From: Oscillospiraceae bacterium
GTDB lineage: Bacteria; Bacillota; Clostridia; Oscillospirales; Oscillospiraceae
DNA length: 64,000 nt
Reading direction: 5' to 3'
NCBI GenBank assembly: GCA_902775985.1
Contig: CACYOR010000002.1
Location: forward strand, 21,139-85,138
Shown piece by piece: positions 53,062 through 61,455 of the stretch (position 1 is the stretch's first letter; each line of letters starts with the position of its first letter). A program made the position numbers and the translations under genes. The notes under the pieces are model-generated. The model had not been told where the DNA came from, searched no databases, and worked only from the letters and a program-made list of their open reading frames with translations.

Positions 53062-55143
53062 TTACCAGACACAGATCCGATTCTCCGGTGCCAGATACAT
53101 CCGATCACCCGGCTGGATGCCGAAGGTCTCGTAGAACTCCTCGAACTGCTGCACCGTCACGTTTGTGCGCAGGTAGCTGAGCGGATGGCTGTCATACTGC
53201 AGGGAGATGTACTCCGACTGCTGGCTGGTGAGTGTCCGCCACAGCTTCGCATACTGGCGGAAGAACAGCTCATAGTCGAAATCCGGAACCGTTTTGGCGA
53301 TACCGAGCATGCACTTGAGGCCGGCCATGTCGGCGATGGCCTCGGTCTGGATGTTGCTGCCCTTCACCATGGTGCTGCCAAAGGCCTTGATGCCGTCGTA
53401 ATAGGCGGCCAGGCGCTCAGCCCGGGCGGTGAAGGCGCTGTAATCCTCCTCCGTCCACCAGTTGCGCAAATCACCGTTTGCATCAAACTGGGCGCCGTTG
53501 GTGTCGAAGGCGTGGGAGATCTCATGCCCGATGACCGCGCCGATACCGCCGTAGAGCTCCTCGTCGCGCATATCATCACGGTAGAAATCGCCGCCCAAAA
53601 TACCGAGCAGGATGTTGATGGAGTTGTCCTGGGGATTGTAGTAGGCGTTGCATTCCAGCGTGCTCATCAGCCAGTAGCCGCGGTCCACCGGCTGATTGGT
53701 CAAGGCTACGTCCTGCTCCAGTTCATACTCGCTGAGCGTCTTCACGCACTCGCGCAGAGACAGGCCGGAGAGATCCACGTCGGAATAGTCTTTCCACTTT
53801 TCCGGATAGGCCACGTTGACCGTGATGCGATCCAACTTCTCCAACGCCGCTTCCCGGGTCGCATCCGAGAGCCAGTCCGTCTCGGCCAGCATCTGGCGAT
53901 AATAAGCGAGCACGTCTTCGCACACGCCCGTGATCCGCTCCTTGACTTTGCCGGCATCATAGCGCTCCAGGTAGCAGCGCTCCAAGGGCTCAGCAAGCCA
54001 GGAGGAGACGAACTGATAGGCATACTCCTCATCGGAGAGCTTGCCCTGTGAACCCATCGCGGCGTTCTGCAGATCCAGCATGGTGTTGAAGCTGTCCTGA
54101 TCCACATAATTGGACTGCCCGATCACATACTTGATGAGCATGCAGCTCTTCATCCCCGGGAGATTCTCCTCGGTAAAGACCTCGCTCAGCTTTTCCAGAT
54201 AGGCCGGTTCCTCCACCAGGAGCTTTTCCGCCTCTCCGTAGCCGTAGGAGCTGATCAGCCGCTCCAGGGGGAAGTTGGGTGCGAGGGCCGCCGCATCTGC
54301 CATGCTGTACTCGTTGTTGATCTTCTGGAGATAATCGGGGCTCATCTGCTCGTCCGCCGTCATGCAGACCGCGGCCAGCTTGGCCTCAAAGGCGATGGCT
54401 TCGTCAAAACGCTTTTCCGCCTCCTGCTTGGAGTAGCCCAGCTTTTCCAGCATAGCGGTGCTGCCCTTCTTGTACACATCGCTGAGCAGACGGCCGACAA
54501 CGCTTTTGTTCACATACTCGCCGGGATCCTGCAGCAGGAAACCGCTGTCGCTAAGATCAAGGATGTAGCGGGTCGCGTCGTTGAGGGAGGCGGTGTTCTC
54601 CATGCTGACAAAGCGCGGCACCTGGTAGGAACGCTCCCTATCGCAGAGAAAGTCGCTCAGCTCCTCGATGCTCGTCAGGGCCTCAATTGCCTCCACCGTG
54701 GGGCGGATCGGCTCCACACCGGCTGCATTGCGCGCATCCCAATCCAGATAGGCCGCGTAGAAATCGCGAATCAGATCGGCGTTGTGGCCCTCCAACTCCT
54801 CGTCCTCGAACAGGGCTCTGGCCTTGGCGTCGGTCTCCAGCTGTACATCCAGGAAGGGGCCGCACGAGGTATAGCCCGCGGGGATCTCACTTGTGGAGAG
54901 CCAGTCGTAGTTGACAAAGAGATGGAAGTCCTCCGCCGGGGATGTGCTCATCCCGGCTTTGATGTTGGCCTGCAGATCGGTGTCCGCCCAGGGCTCTCCG
55001 CCGCCGGGCTTGCCCATCATCAGCTGCTGCCCAAAGAGCAGGAAAGCGCCCGCGGCCAGTACCAGCACCAGCAGAACGATGCCAATACCGATCAGCCATT
55101 TTTTTGCTTTCCCAGGCTTGCGTGTTTTCTTTTCTTCGTCCAT
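53062..55143 (-). CDS. pepO: M13-family zinc metallopeptidase (PepO / neprilysin-like), N-terminal membrane anchor
   Basis: start MDEEKKTRK with AGGAGAG SD; TM anchor WLIGIGIVLLVLVLAAGAF; HEISHAFD (HExxH) and downstream E ligand region. Confidence 0.92.
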   Translation of the reverse strand: MDEEKKTRKPGKAKKWLIGIGIVLLVLVLAAGAFLLFGQQLMMGKPGGGEPWADTDLQANIKAGMSTSPAEDFHLFVNYDWLSTSEIPAGYTSCGPFLDVQLETDAKARALFEDEELEGHNADLIRDFYAAYLDWDARNAAGVEPIRPTVEAIEALTSIEELSDFLCDRERSYQVPRFVSMENTASLNDATRYILDLSDSGFLLQDPGEYVNKSVVGRLLSDVYKKGSTAMLEKLGYSKQEAEKRFDEAIAFEAKLAAVCMTADEQMSPDYLQKINNEYSMADAAALAPNFPLERLISSYGYGEAEKLLVEEPAYLEKLSEVFTEENLPGMKSCMLIKYVIGQSNYVDQDSFNTMLDLQNAAMGSQGKLSDEEYAYQFVSSWLAEPLERCYLERYDAGKVKERITGVCEDVLAYYRQMLAETDWLSDATREAALEKLDRITVNVAYPEKWKDYSDVDLSGLSLRECVKTLSEYELEQDVALTNQPVDRGYWLMSTLECNAYYNPQDNSINILLGILGGDFYRDDMRDEELYGGIGAVIGHEISHAFDTNGAQFDANGDLRNWWTEEDYSAFTARAERLAAYYDGIKAFGSTMVKGSNIQTEAIADMAGLKCMLGIAKTVPDFDYELFFRQYAKLWRTLTSQQSEYISLQYDSHPLSYLRTNVTVQQFEEFYETFGIQPGDRMYLAPENRICVW

Positions 55144-55181
55144 ACGATATCTCTCCTGTTCAATATTTGTTTCCCCGGCAA

Positions 55182-55211
55182 AGTATAGCACTCCTCCCCC
55201 CGCCTTGTCCA
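55182..55211 (-). promoter_or_regulatory. candidate pepO promoter (TGGACA, 18 bp, TATACT)
   Basis: hexamers on minus strand. Confidence 0.4.
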
Positions 55212-55257
55212 GCCGAGAATCTGGTTTAAGCCGGCTAATAAACAGGAAACAACGACA

Positions 55258-55335
55258 CTGGTCAGAGTGGGGAGACTTGTTTGCCTGTTTCGCTTGTGGG
55301 AGACGCGAAACGTAACAAACGCCCCATAATCTACA
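55258..55335. repeat. tRNA-linked structured element, decayed tandem copy P' (carries 20 nt of tRNA-Pro 3' end incl. CCA, 1 mismatch)
   Basis: TGGTCAGAGTGGGGAGACTT vs tRNA TGGTCGGAGTGGGGAGACTT; followed by GTTTGC + hairpin TGTTTCGC/GCGAAACG as in copy P, then only the 5' half of hairpin C (AACGCCCCA). Confidence 0.7.
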
Positions 55336-55366
55336 CGCATCATACTGGGAAATTTCCCTCTGCGGC

Positions 55367-55505
55367 CGTCGGAGTGGGGAGACTTGTTTGCATGTTTCGC
55401 TTGCGGGAGACGCGAAACATCATAGAATCGGCCAGTTTTTGAACTGGCCGATGAACGCCCCACCGGGGCGTTCGATTTTGATTCAAGTCTCCCCCTCTAA
55501 TACCA
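55367..55505. repeat. tRNA-linked structured element, copy P (closing helix from tRNA-Pro T-arm, three internal hairpins)
   Basis: GTCGGAGTGGGGAGACTT 55368-55385 = tRNA-Pro 55545-55562; GGGGAGACTTG 55376-55386 pairs with CAAGTCTCCCC 55484-55494; hairpins 55392-55420, 55427-55452, 55453-55473; collinear homology to 28257-28386. Confidence 0.72.
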
Positions 55506-55541
55506 AAAAGACAGGAGGCTCTTTTGAGCCTCCTGTCTTTT
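55505..55541. terminator. bidirectional terminator after tRNA-Pro
   Basis: AAAAAGACAGGAGGCTC/GAGCCTCCTGTCTTTTT. Confidence 0.88.
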
Positions 55542-55617
55542 TGGTCGGAGTGGGGAGACTTGAACTCCCGGCCTCTTGGTCCCGAACCAAGCGCGCTACC
55601 AGCTGCGCTACACCCCG
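55542..55617 (-). tRNA. tRNA-Pro (anticodon CGG), CCA encoded
   Basis: manual cloverleaf: CGGGGTG acceptor, GCGC/GCGC D-stem, CTTGG-TTCGGGA-CCAAG anticodon arm, GGGAG-TTCAAGT-CTCCC T-arm, CACTCCG-A-CCA. Confidence 0.9.
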
Positions 55618-55630
55618 AAACAGCTTTTAT

Positions 55631-55659
55631 ATTATAATGACAGCCCATACAATTGTCAA
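55631..55659 (-). promoter_or_regulatory. tRNA-Pro promoter (TTGACA, 17 bp, TATAAT)
   Basis: perfect consensus hexamers on minus strand, -10 ends 13 nt before mature 5' end. Confidence 0.75.
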
Positions 55660-55691
55660 GAGGAAAAATCGAAGATCGCCCTCTGTCCCCC

Positions 55692-55736
55692 AAAAGGAAA
55701 GACGCGGCACAGCATCGGCGTCGCGTCTTTCCTTTT
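55692..55736. terminator. bidirectional terminator after XRE gene
   Basis: AAAAGGAAAGACGCG/CGCGTCTTTCCTTTT 15-bp stem. Confidence 0.8.
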
Positions 55737-55760
55737 GGCTGTATAAACAGAGTCTTTTGT

Positions 55761-56147
55761 TCAGGCCTTTTCCAGACCGCCCTCAAACTTGCGGAGGATC
55801 TTTTTCGTTTCGGCTGCCATGTCCAGGATGGCTTTCTTTTCCTCCATCGAGCAATCCAGGAACAACTCCTCCAGCTCATAGGCTTTGATCTGCGTGAGCG
55901 CAGGCGTGTCCAGCTGCAGCAGCGCATCCGCCGAAATCTGCAGTGTCTCCGCGATTCGGGAAAAAATCAGAATGCTGAAGTGCGTCTTGCCCAGTTCGAT
56001 CGCACTCAGGTGTGCGGCCGAAATGCCCACCCGGTTTGCCAACTCGCTCTGGCTGATGCTCTTTCTCTTTCTCGCTTCCACGATCCGTGCACCAAGATCG
56101 CGAAGCAACTGTTTCTCTCTGTCTTCTATCTTATTCTCCATTCTCAT
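55761..56147 (-). CDS. XRE-family transcriptional regulator
   Basis: HTH ISQSELANRVGISAAHLSAIELGK; start uncertain (ATG 56147 or 56141 after GAGGA; ORF opens with TTG at 56180). Confidence 0.75.
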   Translation of the reverse strand: MRMENKIEDREKQLLRDLGARIVEARKRKSISQSELANRVGISAAHLSAIELGKTHFSILIFSRIAETLQISADALLQLDTPALTQIKAYELEELFLDCSMEEKKAILDMAAETKKILRKFEGGLEKA

Positions 56148-56348
56148 CCCATCCTCAACGCTGTCACGTGTCATCGCCAAACCGACACTCTGACATTTTA
56201 TTCAGTCGAATTATATCACAGTTTTTTCCTTATGTGTCGTGGTTTGCCAAATCCGCATTTTTTTATGTAAAAGCGGTTGCTTCTGTTTTGTATATTCTTG
56301 CAAAAAATCTTTTCTATCTCAGTCTTAATTATTTTTTAACAAATATTC

Positions 56349-56377
56349 TTGCATGTAGCGACGCAATATGCTATATT
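56349..56377 (+). promoter_or_regulatory. candidate promoter for LytTR gene (TTGCAT, 17 bp, TATATT)
   Basis: hexamers in AT-rich divergent spacer; 11-nt ATATTCTTGCA also occurs at 56292-56302. Confidence 0.5.
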
Positions 56378-56439
56378 TTTTTATGCATTCGTACGTTTCG
56401 TATTGACCCGCTTTGTTTGATGCTAAAGGAGCTTGCCCC

Positions 56440-57150
56440 ATGCTTCAATTTGCCCTCTGCGATGAAAACGAACAGCAACTGCAGGATACCGTTTCCGTTA
56501 TTATTGATCTGCTGCCGCCCGGCATTGTGGAAATCACCGGCTTTTCGTCGCCGTCCCAGCTGCTTGACCGGATCGATCAGGACGGCTTTCAGCCCGATCT
56601 GGCGCTTCTCCACATTGCCCTGTCGGAGATGAGCAGTTCCGCGCTCGCCGAGCAGCTGAACCGCCGACTCCCCAACTGCCGCATTGTTTTCGTCTGCACC
56701 CGCCGGGATGAGTCCACGGGTGCCTCCGCGGCACCTCGCCTCTGGTTTTCCATTCAGAACGATTGTCTGGGGAGTTTGCGGCCTCTTCTGGGGCAGTCCG
56801 TTTCCTGGCTTCTGCCGGGGACGGCCGGAAGCCTGCTTCTCGGCTTCAAGGGCAGGACGTTGGTTGTTCCGGCTTACGAAGTGCTGTATTTGGAGCGGGA
56901 AAACCGCAAAACGCGGGTCGTCTGCGAGCAGACAAGCTATCTGATCTCTCAAAGTCCGGCAAAGCTGATCCCCGAGGTGCTCAGCCGGCACATTGTCCGC
57001 TGCCATCAGGGCTATTGGGTAAACCTGGCCAAAGTCCGTTCTCTGGAGAAAAATGAATTCGTTCTGGCCAACGGCACGCGTATCCCCATCAGCCGCAGCC
57101 ATCGTGAGCAGGCAGTTCAGGCTTTTTGCACCTTTTACGGGCGGGAATAA
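56440..57150 (+). CDS. LytTR-family DNA-binding regulator with degenerate receiver-like N-domain
   Basis: start MLQFALCDENEQ with AAAGGAG SD; C-terminal LytTR domain (...VLYLERENRKTRVV...GYWVNLAKV...); His58 where the phospho-Asp is expected (PDLALLHIAL). Confidence 0.78.
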   Translation: MLQFALCDENEQQLQDTVSVIIDLLPPGIVEITGFSSPSQLLDRIDQDGFQPDLALLHIALSEMSSSALAEQLNRRLPNCRIVFVCTRRDESTGASAAPRLWFSIQNDCLGSLRPLLGQSVSWLLPGTAGSLLLGFKGRTLVVPAYEVLYLERENRKTRVVCEQTSYLISQSPAKLIPEVLSRHIVRCHQGYWVNLAKVRSLEKNEFVLANGTRIPISRSHREQAVQAFCTFYGRE

Positions 57151-57164
57151 AAAAACAATGACCA

Positions 57165-57197
57165 AATCTGCAGGTTCTCCGAACCTGCGGATTTTTA
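57165..57197 (+). terminator. intrinsic terminator
   Basis: AATCTGCAGGTTC/GAACCTGCGGATT stem then TTTTAATG. Confidence 0.75.
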
Positions 57198-57214
57198 ATG
57201 CACTTCGAAAAAAC

Positions 57215-57243
57215 GTGACATTTCTGCGCTGCTGTGGTATGCT
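57215..57243 (+). promoter_or_regulatory. candidate promoter for hypA-like/CDF genes (GTGACA, 17 bp, TGgTATGCT)
   Basis: extended -10; inverted copy TGTCAC of the -35 hexamer lies 50 nt downstream (57270-57275). Confidence 0.45.
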
Positions 57244-57292
57244 TGATTGGACACCCATTAAACGAAACTGTCACCATAAGGAAGTAAGGATC

Positions 57293-57637
57293 ATGCACGA
57301 ATTGGGAACCATCCATTACGTCATCGACACCGTGGAAAAGCTGGCCGTGGAAAACCAACTCACAAAGATCGGCTCGGTCACCCTGGAGGTGGGCGAGGTC
57401 AGCGGCATCATCCCCCATTTTCTCAGCGATTACTGGGAATATGCCAAGAAGAAAACCACCTATCTGCAGGACGCAGAGCTGAAAATCGAGACGATCCAAG
57501 CCGTCACCTATTGCCAGGACTGCGGGAAGACCTATCCCACGCTGGAATTTGCCAAGATCTGCCCCTACTGCAAAAGTGAGAACACCTTTCTTGTCACCGG
57601 CAACGAATACATCATCAAAGAAGTCGAAGCGATGTAA
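57293..57637 (+). CDS. hypA: HypA/HybF-like nickel/zinc metallochaperone
   Basis: 114 aa beginning MHELG (MHE nickel motif), CQDC...CPYC zinc ribbon; start chosen by AAGGA SD inside longer ORF. Confidence 0.78.
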   Translation: MHELGTIHYVIDTVEKLAVENQLTKIGSVTLEVGEVSGIIPHFLSDYWEYAKKKTTYLQDAELKIETIQAVTYCQDCGKTYPTLEFAKICPYCKSENTFLVTGNEYIIKEVEAM

Positions 57638-57708
57638 GGTGCGGGCCGCTGTGAAATGCAGCGGCCCGTTTTATTCCACAAGAAACCCAGAGTGAAGGGA
57701 GACCTTTT

Positions 57709-58872
57709 ATGGAGAGCATTCGCAACAAAATGAACAGCCTGAACACCGATAACCAGGCCGTACAGCGCGACAAAACCATCATCCGTACCAGCATCATCGG
57801 CATTCTGGCCAATGTCTTTCTGGCCGGCTTTAAAGCCGCTGTCGGCCTGCTGGCTCATTCCATCGCCATCGTGCTGGATGCCGTCAACAACCTTTCCGAT
57901 GCGGCCTCCTCCCTCATCACCATCGTGGGCACCAAGCTCGCCGGACGGGAGCCGGACCGCAAGCATCCCTTCGGCTACGGCCGCATCGAGTATCTGACCG
58001 CCATGATCATCTCGGTCATCGTCCTCTACGCCGGCATCACGTCCTTTACCGAGTCGGTCAAGAAGATCCTCCACCCGGACACGCCGGACTACAGCGTCGC
58101 CGCTCTCGTGATTGTCGCGGTGGGCGTCGTGGTCAAGATTCTGCTGGGCCGCTATGTCAAGGGCGTGGGTGAAAAGGTCAAGTCCGATTCTCTCGTCAAT
58201 TCCGGCGAGGACGCCCGGCTCGACTCCATCATCTCCGCCTCAACCCTGGTGGCCGCGGTGATTTTCCTGCTGACCGGTCTCTCGCTGGAGGCTTGGCTCG
58301 GCGCGGTGATCTCCCTTGTCATCATCAAATCCGGCGTGGAAATGCTGCGCGAAACCCTCTCCCGGATCCTCGGCGAGCGGGCCGATGCAGAGCTTGCCCG
58401 GGACATCAAGGCGACCGTGCTCTCCTTCCCCGGCGTAAGCGGCGCCTATGACCTGATCCTCAACAACTACGGCCCGGACACCTATAACGGTTCCGTACAC
58501 ATCGAGGTGCCGGACACCACCTCCGCCGGCGATCTGGACGAATTGCTCCGCTCCATCACCTTGGCCGTTCTCGCCAAGCACCACGTGATCCTCACCGCCA
58601 TCGGCGTCTATTCGGTCAACACCCATGACGATCAGGCCGCCCACATGCGGGACCGGATCAAGGAAAAGATCCTCGCCCGGGAGCATGTGTTGCAGATGCA
58701 CGGCTTCTATGTGAACGAAGAGAAGAAGACCATCCGCTTTGACGTGGTCATCAGCTTTGACGCCCCCGACCGCCGCGCGGAATACGCGGAGATCTGCCGC
58801 ATCGTGTCCGAGCTCTATCCCGACTACACCCTGCAGATCGCCATGGACACCGACTTCAGCGAATCGGAATAA
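57709..58872 (+). CDS. cation diffusion facilitator (CDF) family metal efflux transporter
   Basis: 387 aa; six TM helices with [14 protein letters not shown] (HxxxD-type site variant) and C-terminal cytoplasmic domain. Confidence 0.88.
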   Translation: MESIRNKMNSLNTDNQAVQRDKTIIRTSIIGILANVFLAGFKAAVGLLAHSIAIVLDAVNNLSDAASSLITIVGTKLAGREPDRKHPFGYGRIEYLTAMIISVIVLYAGITSFTESVKKILHPDTPDYSVAALVIVAVGVVVKILLGRYVKGVGEKVKSDSLVNSGEDARLDSIISASTLVAAVIFLLTGLSLEAWLGAVISLVIIKSGVEMLRETLSRILGERADAELARDIKATVLSFPGVSGAYDLILNNYGPDTYNGSVHIEVPDTTSAGDLDELLRSITLAVLAKHHVILTAIGVYSVNTHDDQAAHMRDRIKEKILAREHVLQMHGFYVNEEKKTIRFDVVISFDAPDRRAEYAEICRIVSELYPDYTLQIAMDTDFSESE

Positions 58873-58887
58873 AGGAACAAAACTGCC

Positions 58888-61404
58888 ATGCCGCAACAAC
58901 AAAAGCAGCCCGACCGCATTGAAGTGCGTGGCGCCCGGGTGCACAATCTAAAAAACATCGATGCGGATATACCGCTCCATAAGATCGTGGGAATCGCCGG
59001 CGTCTCCGGCTCCGGAAAATCCTCGCTGTCCCTGGGCGTTTTGTACGCCGAGGGCTCCCGGCGCTATCTGGAATCTCTCTCCACCTACACCCGCCGCCGC
59101 ATGACCCAGGCGGCCAAGGCCCAGGTGGACGAGCTGCGCTATGTGCCCGCCTCTCTGGCCCTGCACCAGCGTCCCGGCGTCCCTGGGATCCGCAGCACCT
59201 TTGGCACGGGGACCGAGCTTCTCAACAGCCTGCGCCTCATGTACTCCCGCCTGGCCAGCCATCGCTGTCCCAACGGGCACTATATCCCGCCGACCCTGAA
59301 CGTGGCGGCGGAAAAAGAGATCCGCTGTCCGGTCTGCGGGGAACTTGTCATCGCCCCGGGGGCGGAAGAGCTCGCCTTCAACAGCGCCGGCGCCTGCCGC
59401 CGCTGCGATGGAACGGGCGTCATCCGCACGGTGGACGAGTCCACGCTGGTGCCGGATGAATCTCTCTCCATCGACGAGGGGGCCGTCGCCCCCTGGCAGA
59501 CGCTGATGTGGTCGCTGATGAAGGACATTGCCCGGGAAATGGGCGTGCGCACCGACGTGCCCTTTAGGGATCTGACGCCGCAGGAGCGGGAGATCGTCTT
59601 TCACGGTCCGGCGGAGAAGAAGCGCATCATCTATCAGAACCACACCACCGGCGCCGCCGGAGACATGGATTTCACCTACTTCAACGCCACCTACACAGTG
59701 GAAAACGCCCTGGCCAAGGTCAAGGACGAAAAAGGGCTCAAGCGGGTGGAGAAGTTTCTCAAGCAGGACGTCTGTCCCGACTGCGGCGGCACACGCCTCT
59801 CCGAGGCGGCCCGGGCTCCCCTGCTGCGCGGCATCTCTCTGGCCAAGGCCTGTCAGATGACGCTGGCCGATCTGGTTTCTTGGGTGGAGGGTGTCCCCGC
59901 CTCTCTGCCCGAGGAGATGCGCCCCATGGCAAAGAGCATCTGCGAATCCTTTTTGCACAACGCCAAGCGCCTCATGGAGCTGGGTCTCGGCTATCTCACC
60001 CTGGATCGGGAATCCTCCACTCTCTCCAACGGCGAGCGGCAGCGGATGCAGTTGGCCCGCGCCGTGCGCAACCGCACCACCGGCGTCCTCTATGTGCTGG
60101 ATGAACCCTCCATCGGCCTGCACCCGGCCAATCTGGAGGGCGTTGTCGGCGTGATGGAGGATCTGATCGCCGACGGCAACTCCATCGTCCTCGTGGATCA
60201 CGACACCAACATTCTCTCCCGCGCCGACTGGCTGCTTGAGATGGGGCCTGGCGCGGGCGCTTCCGGCGGCAGAATCCTGGCACAGGGCAGCGTGGAGAGC
60301 CTTATTGCGGATCCCGCCTCCCGCATCGGCCCCTATCTCTCCGGGAAAGCCTCTGTCCGCTCCCGGCCGAAGCTCGCGCGGGATGCGCTCTTTTCCCTGG
60401 GCACGATCCGTCTCTCCACCGACGCGATCCACACCGTTCAACCGCTGGAGGTGGCGATCCCCCGAGGCCGCCTCACCGTGGTGACCGGCGTCTCCGGCTC
60501 CGGCAAGACGACCCTGATTCTGGAGAGTCTGGTGCCAGCGCTGGAGGCCATGACCCACGGGAAGAAGCTGCCCGCCCATATCAAGTCCGTTGAGGCCGAG
60601 GGTATTCATCAGGTCAAGCTCATCGACGCCACGCCCATCGGCATCAACATCCGCTCCACCGTGGCCACCTATGCCGATGTGCACGACGAGCTGCGGAAGG
60701 TCTATGCCCGCACGCCCGACGCCAGGCAGCGCGGCCGGAAAGCGGGCGATTTTTCCTACAACACCGGCTGTCTCCGCTGTCCGATCTGCGACGGCACCGG
60801 CTCCATCAGCCTGGATGTACAGTTTCTCCCGGATGTGGACATCCCCTGCCCCGATTGCCGCGGCTCCCGCTACGGCCGGGAGGCCGGGCTGATCCGCCGC
60901 TCTTCAAAGCAGGGCGGACCGGCCTATTCCCTGCCGGAGCTTATGGATATGAGCGTGGATGAGGCTCTTGTCGCCTGCGCCGATCTGCCGCTGGTGGCGC
61001 GCCGCCTGCAGGTTTTGCACGATCTCGGTCTCGGTTATCTCACTCTCGGTGAGGAGACGCCCAGTCTCTCCGGCGGCGAAGCCCAGCGCCTGAAGCTGGC
61101 CAGTGAAATGGGGCGCGGGCAATCCGACACCGTCTTCGTCTTTGACGAACCGACCATCGGCCTGCACCCGGAGGACGTGGAGACCCTGCTGGCCGTGTTC
61201 CGCCATCTGATCGACTGCGGCGCCACGGTCATCGTCATTGAGCACGATCTGGACCTCATCCGCAATGCGGACTATCTGATTGACATGGGTCCCGGCGGCG
61301 GCGTTCACGGCGGGCGCATCCTCGCCGCCTGCACGCCGGAGGAGCTCTGCAAGAATCCCGAGAGTCTCACCGGGAAATACCTGAAAGCCTATCTGGAACA
61401 CTAA
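58888..61404 (+). CDS. UvrA-family ABC ATPase, class II paralog (short form lacking the UvrB-binding insert)
   Basis: 838 aa (canonical UvrA is about 940); GVSGSGKSS twice-type Walker A sites, zinc modules CPVCGE...CRRCDG and CPDCGG, CPICDG...[18 protein letters not shown] signature. Confidence 0.88.
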   Translation: MPQQQKQPDRIEVRGARVHNLKNIDADIPLHKIVGIAGVSGSGKSSLSLGVLYAEGSRRYLESLSTYTRRRMTQAAKAQVDELRYVPASLALHQRPGVPGIRSTFGTGTELLNSLRLMYSRLASHRCPNGHYIPPTLNVAAEKEIRCPVCGELVIAPGAEELAFNSAGACRRCDGTGVIRTVDESTLVPDESLSIDEGAVAPWQTLMWSLMKDIAREMGVRTDVPFRDLTPQEREIVFHGPAEKKRIIYQNHTTGAAGDMDFTYFNATYTVENALAKVKDEKGLKRVEKFLKQDVCPDCGGTRLSEAARAPLLRGISLAKACQMTLADLVSWVEGVPASLPEEMRPMAKSICESFLHNAKRLMELGLGYLTLDRESSTLSNGERQRMQLARAVRNRTTGVLYVLDEPSIGLHPANLEGVVGVMEDLIADGNSIVLVDHDTNILSRADWLLEMGPGAGASGGRILAQGSVESLIADPASRIGPYLSGKASVRSRPKLARDALFSLGTIRLSTDAIHTVQPLEVAIPRGRLTVVTGVSGSGKTTLILESLVPALEAMTHGKKLPAHIKSVEAEGIHQVKLIDATPIGINIRSTVATYADVHDELRKVYARTPDARQRGRKAGDFSYNTGCLRCPICDGTGSISLDVQFLPDVDIPCPDCRGSRYGREAGLIRRSSKQGGPAYSLPELMDMSVDEALVACADLPLVARRLQVLHDLGLGYLTLGEETPSLSGGEAQRLKLASEMGRGQSDTVFVFDEPTIGLHPEDVETLLAVFRHLIDCGATVIVIEHDLDLIRNADYLIDMGPGGGVHGGRILAACTPEELCKNPESLTGKYLKAYLEH

Positions 61405-61408
61405 CACA

Positions 61409-61440
61409 CAAGGCACCGCGAATGTAAACGCGGTGCCTTG
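61409..61440. terminator. hairpin between convergent genes
   Basis: CAAGGCACCGCG/CGCGGTGCCTTG 12-bp stem, weak U tracts. Confidence 0.55.
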
Positions 61441-61455
61441 ATTCTATCTGGGTTC

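Noticed and set aside
55258-55420. A possible CRISPR array: two repeats of about 55 nt spaced 107 nt apart near tRNA-Pro.
   Set aside because: There are only two copies. The repeats contain the tRNA 3' end. The intervening sequence is itself part of a larger homologous unit, and no cas genes or leader are present. It is better described as a tRNA-linked repeat element.
57198-57292. A possible NiCo (czcD) riboswitch upstream of the hypA-like/CDF genes, suggested by GTGACA...TGTCAC flanking about 50 nt.
   Set aside because: The interior shows no convincing multi-helix junction. The 5' arm is better explained as the -35 hexamer of a GTGACA-17-TGgTATGCT promoter. A covariance-model scan would be needed to revive the idea.
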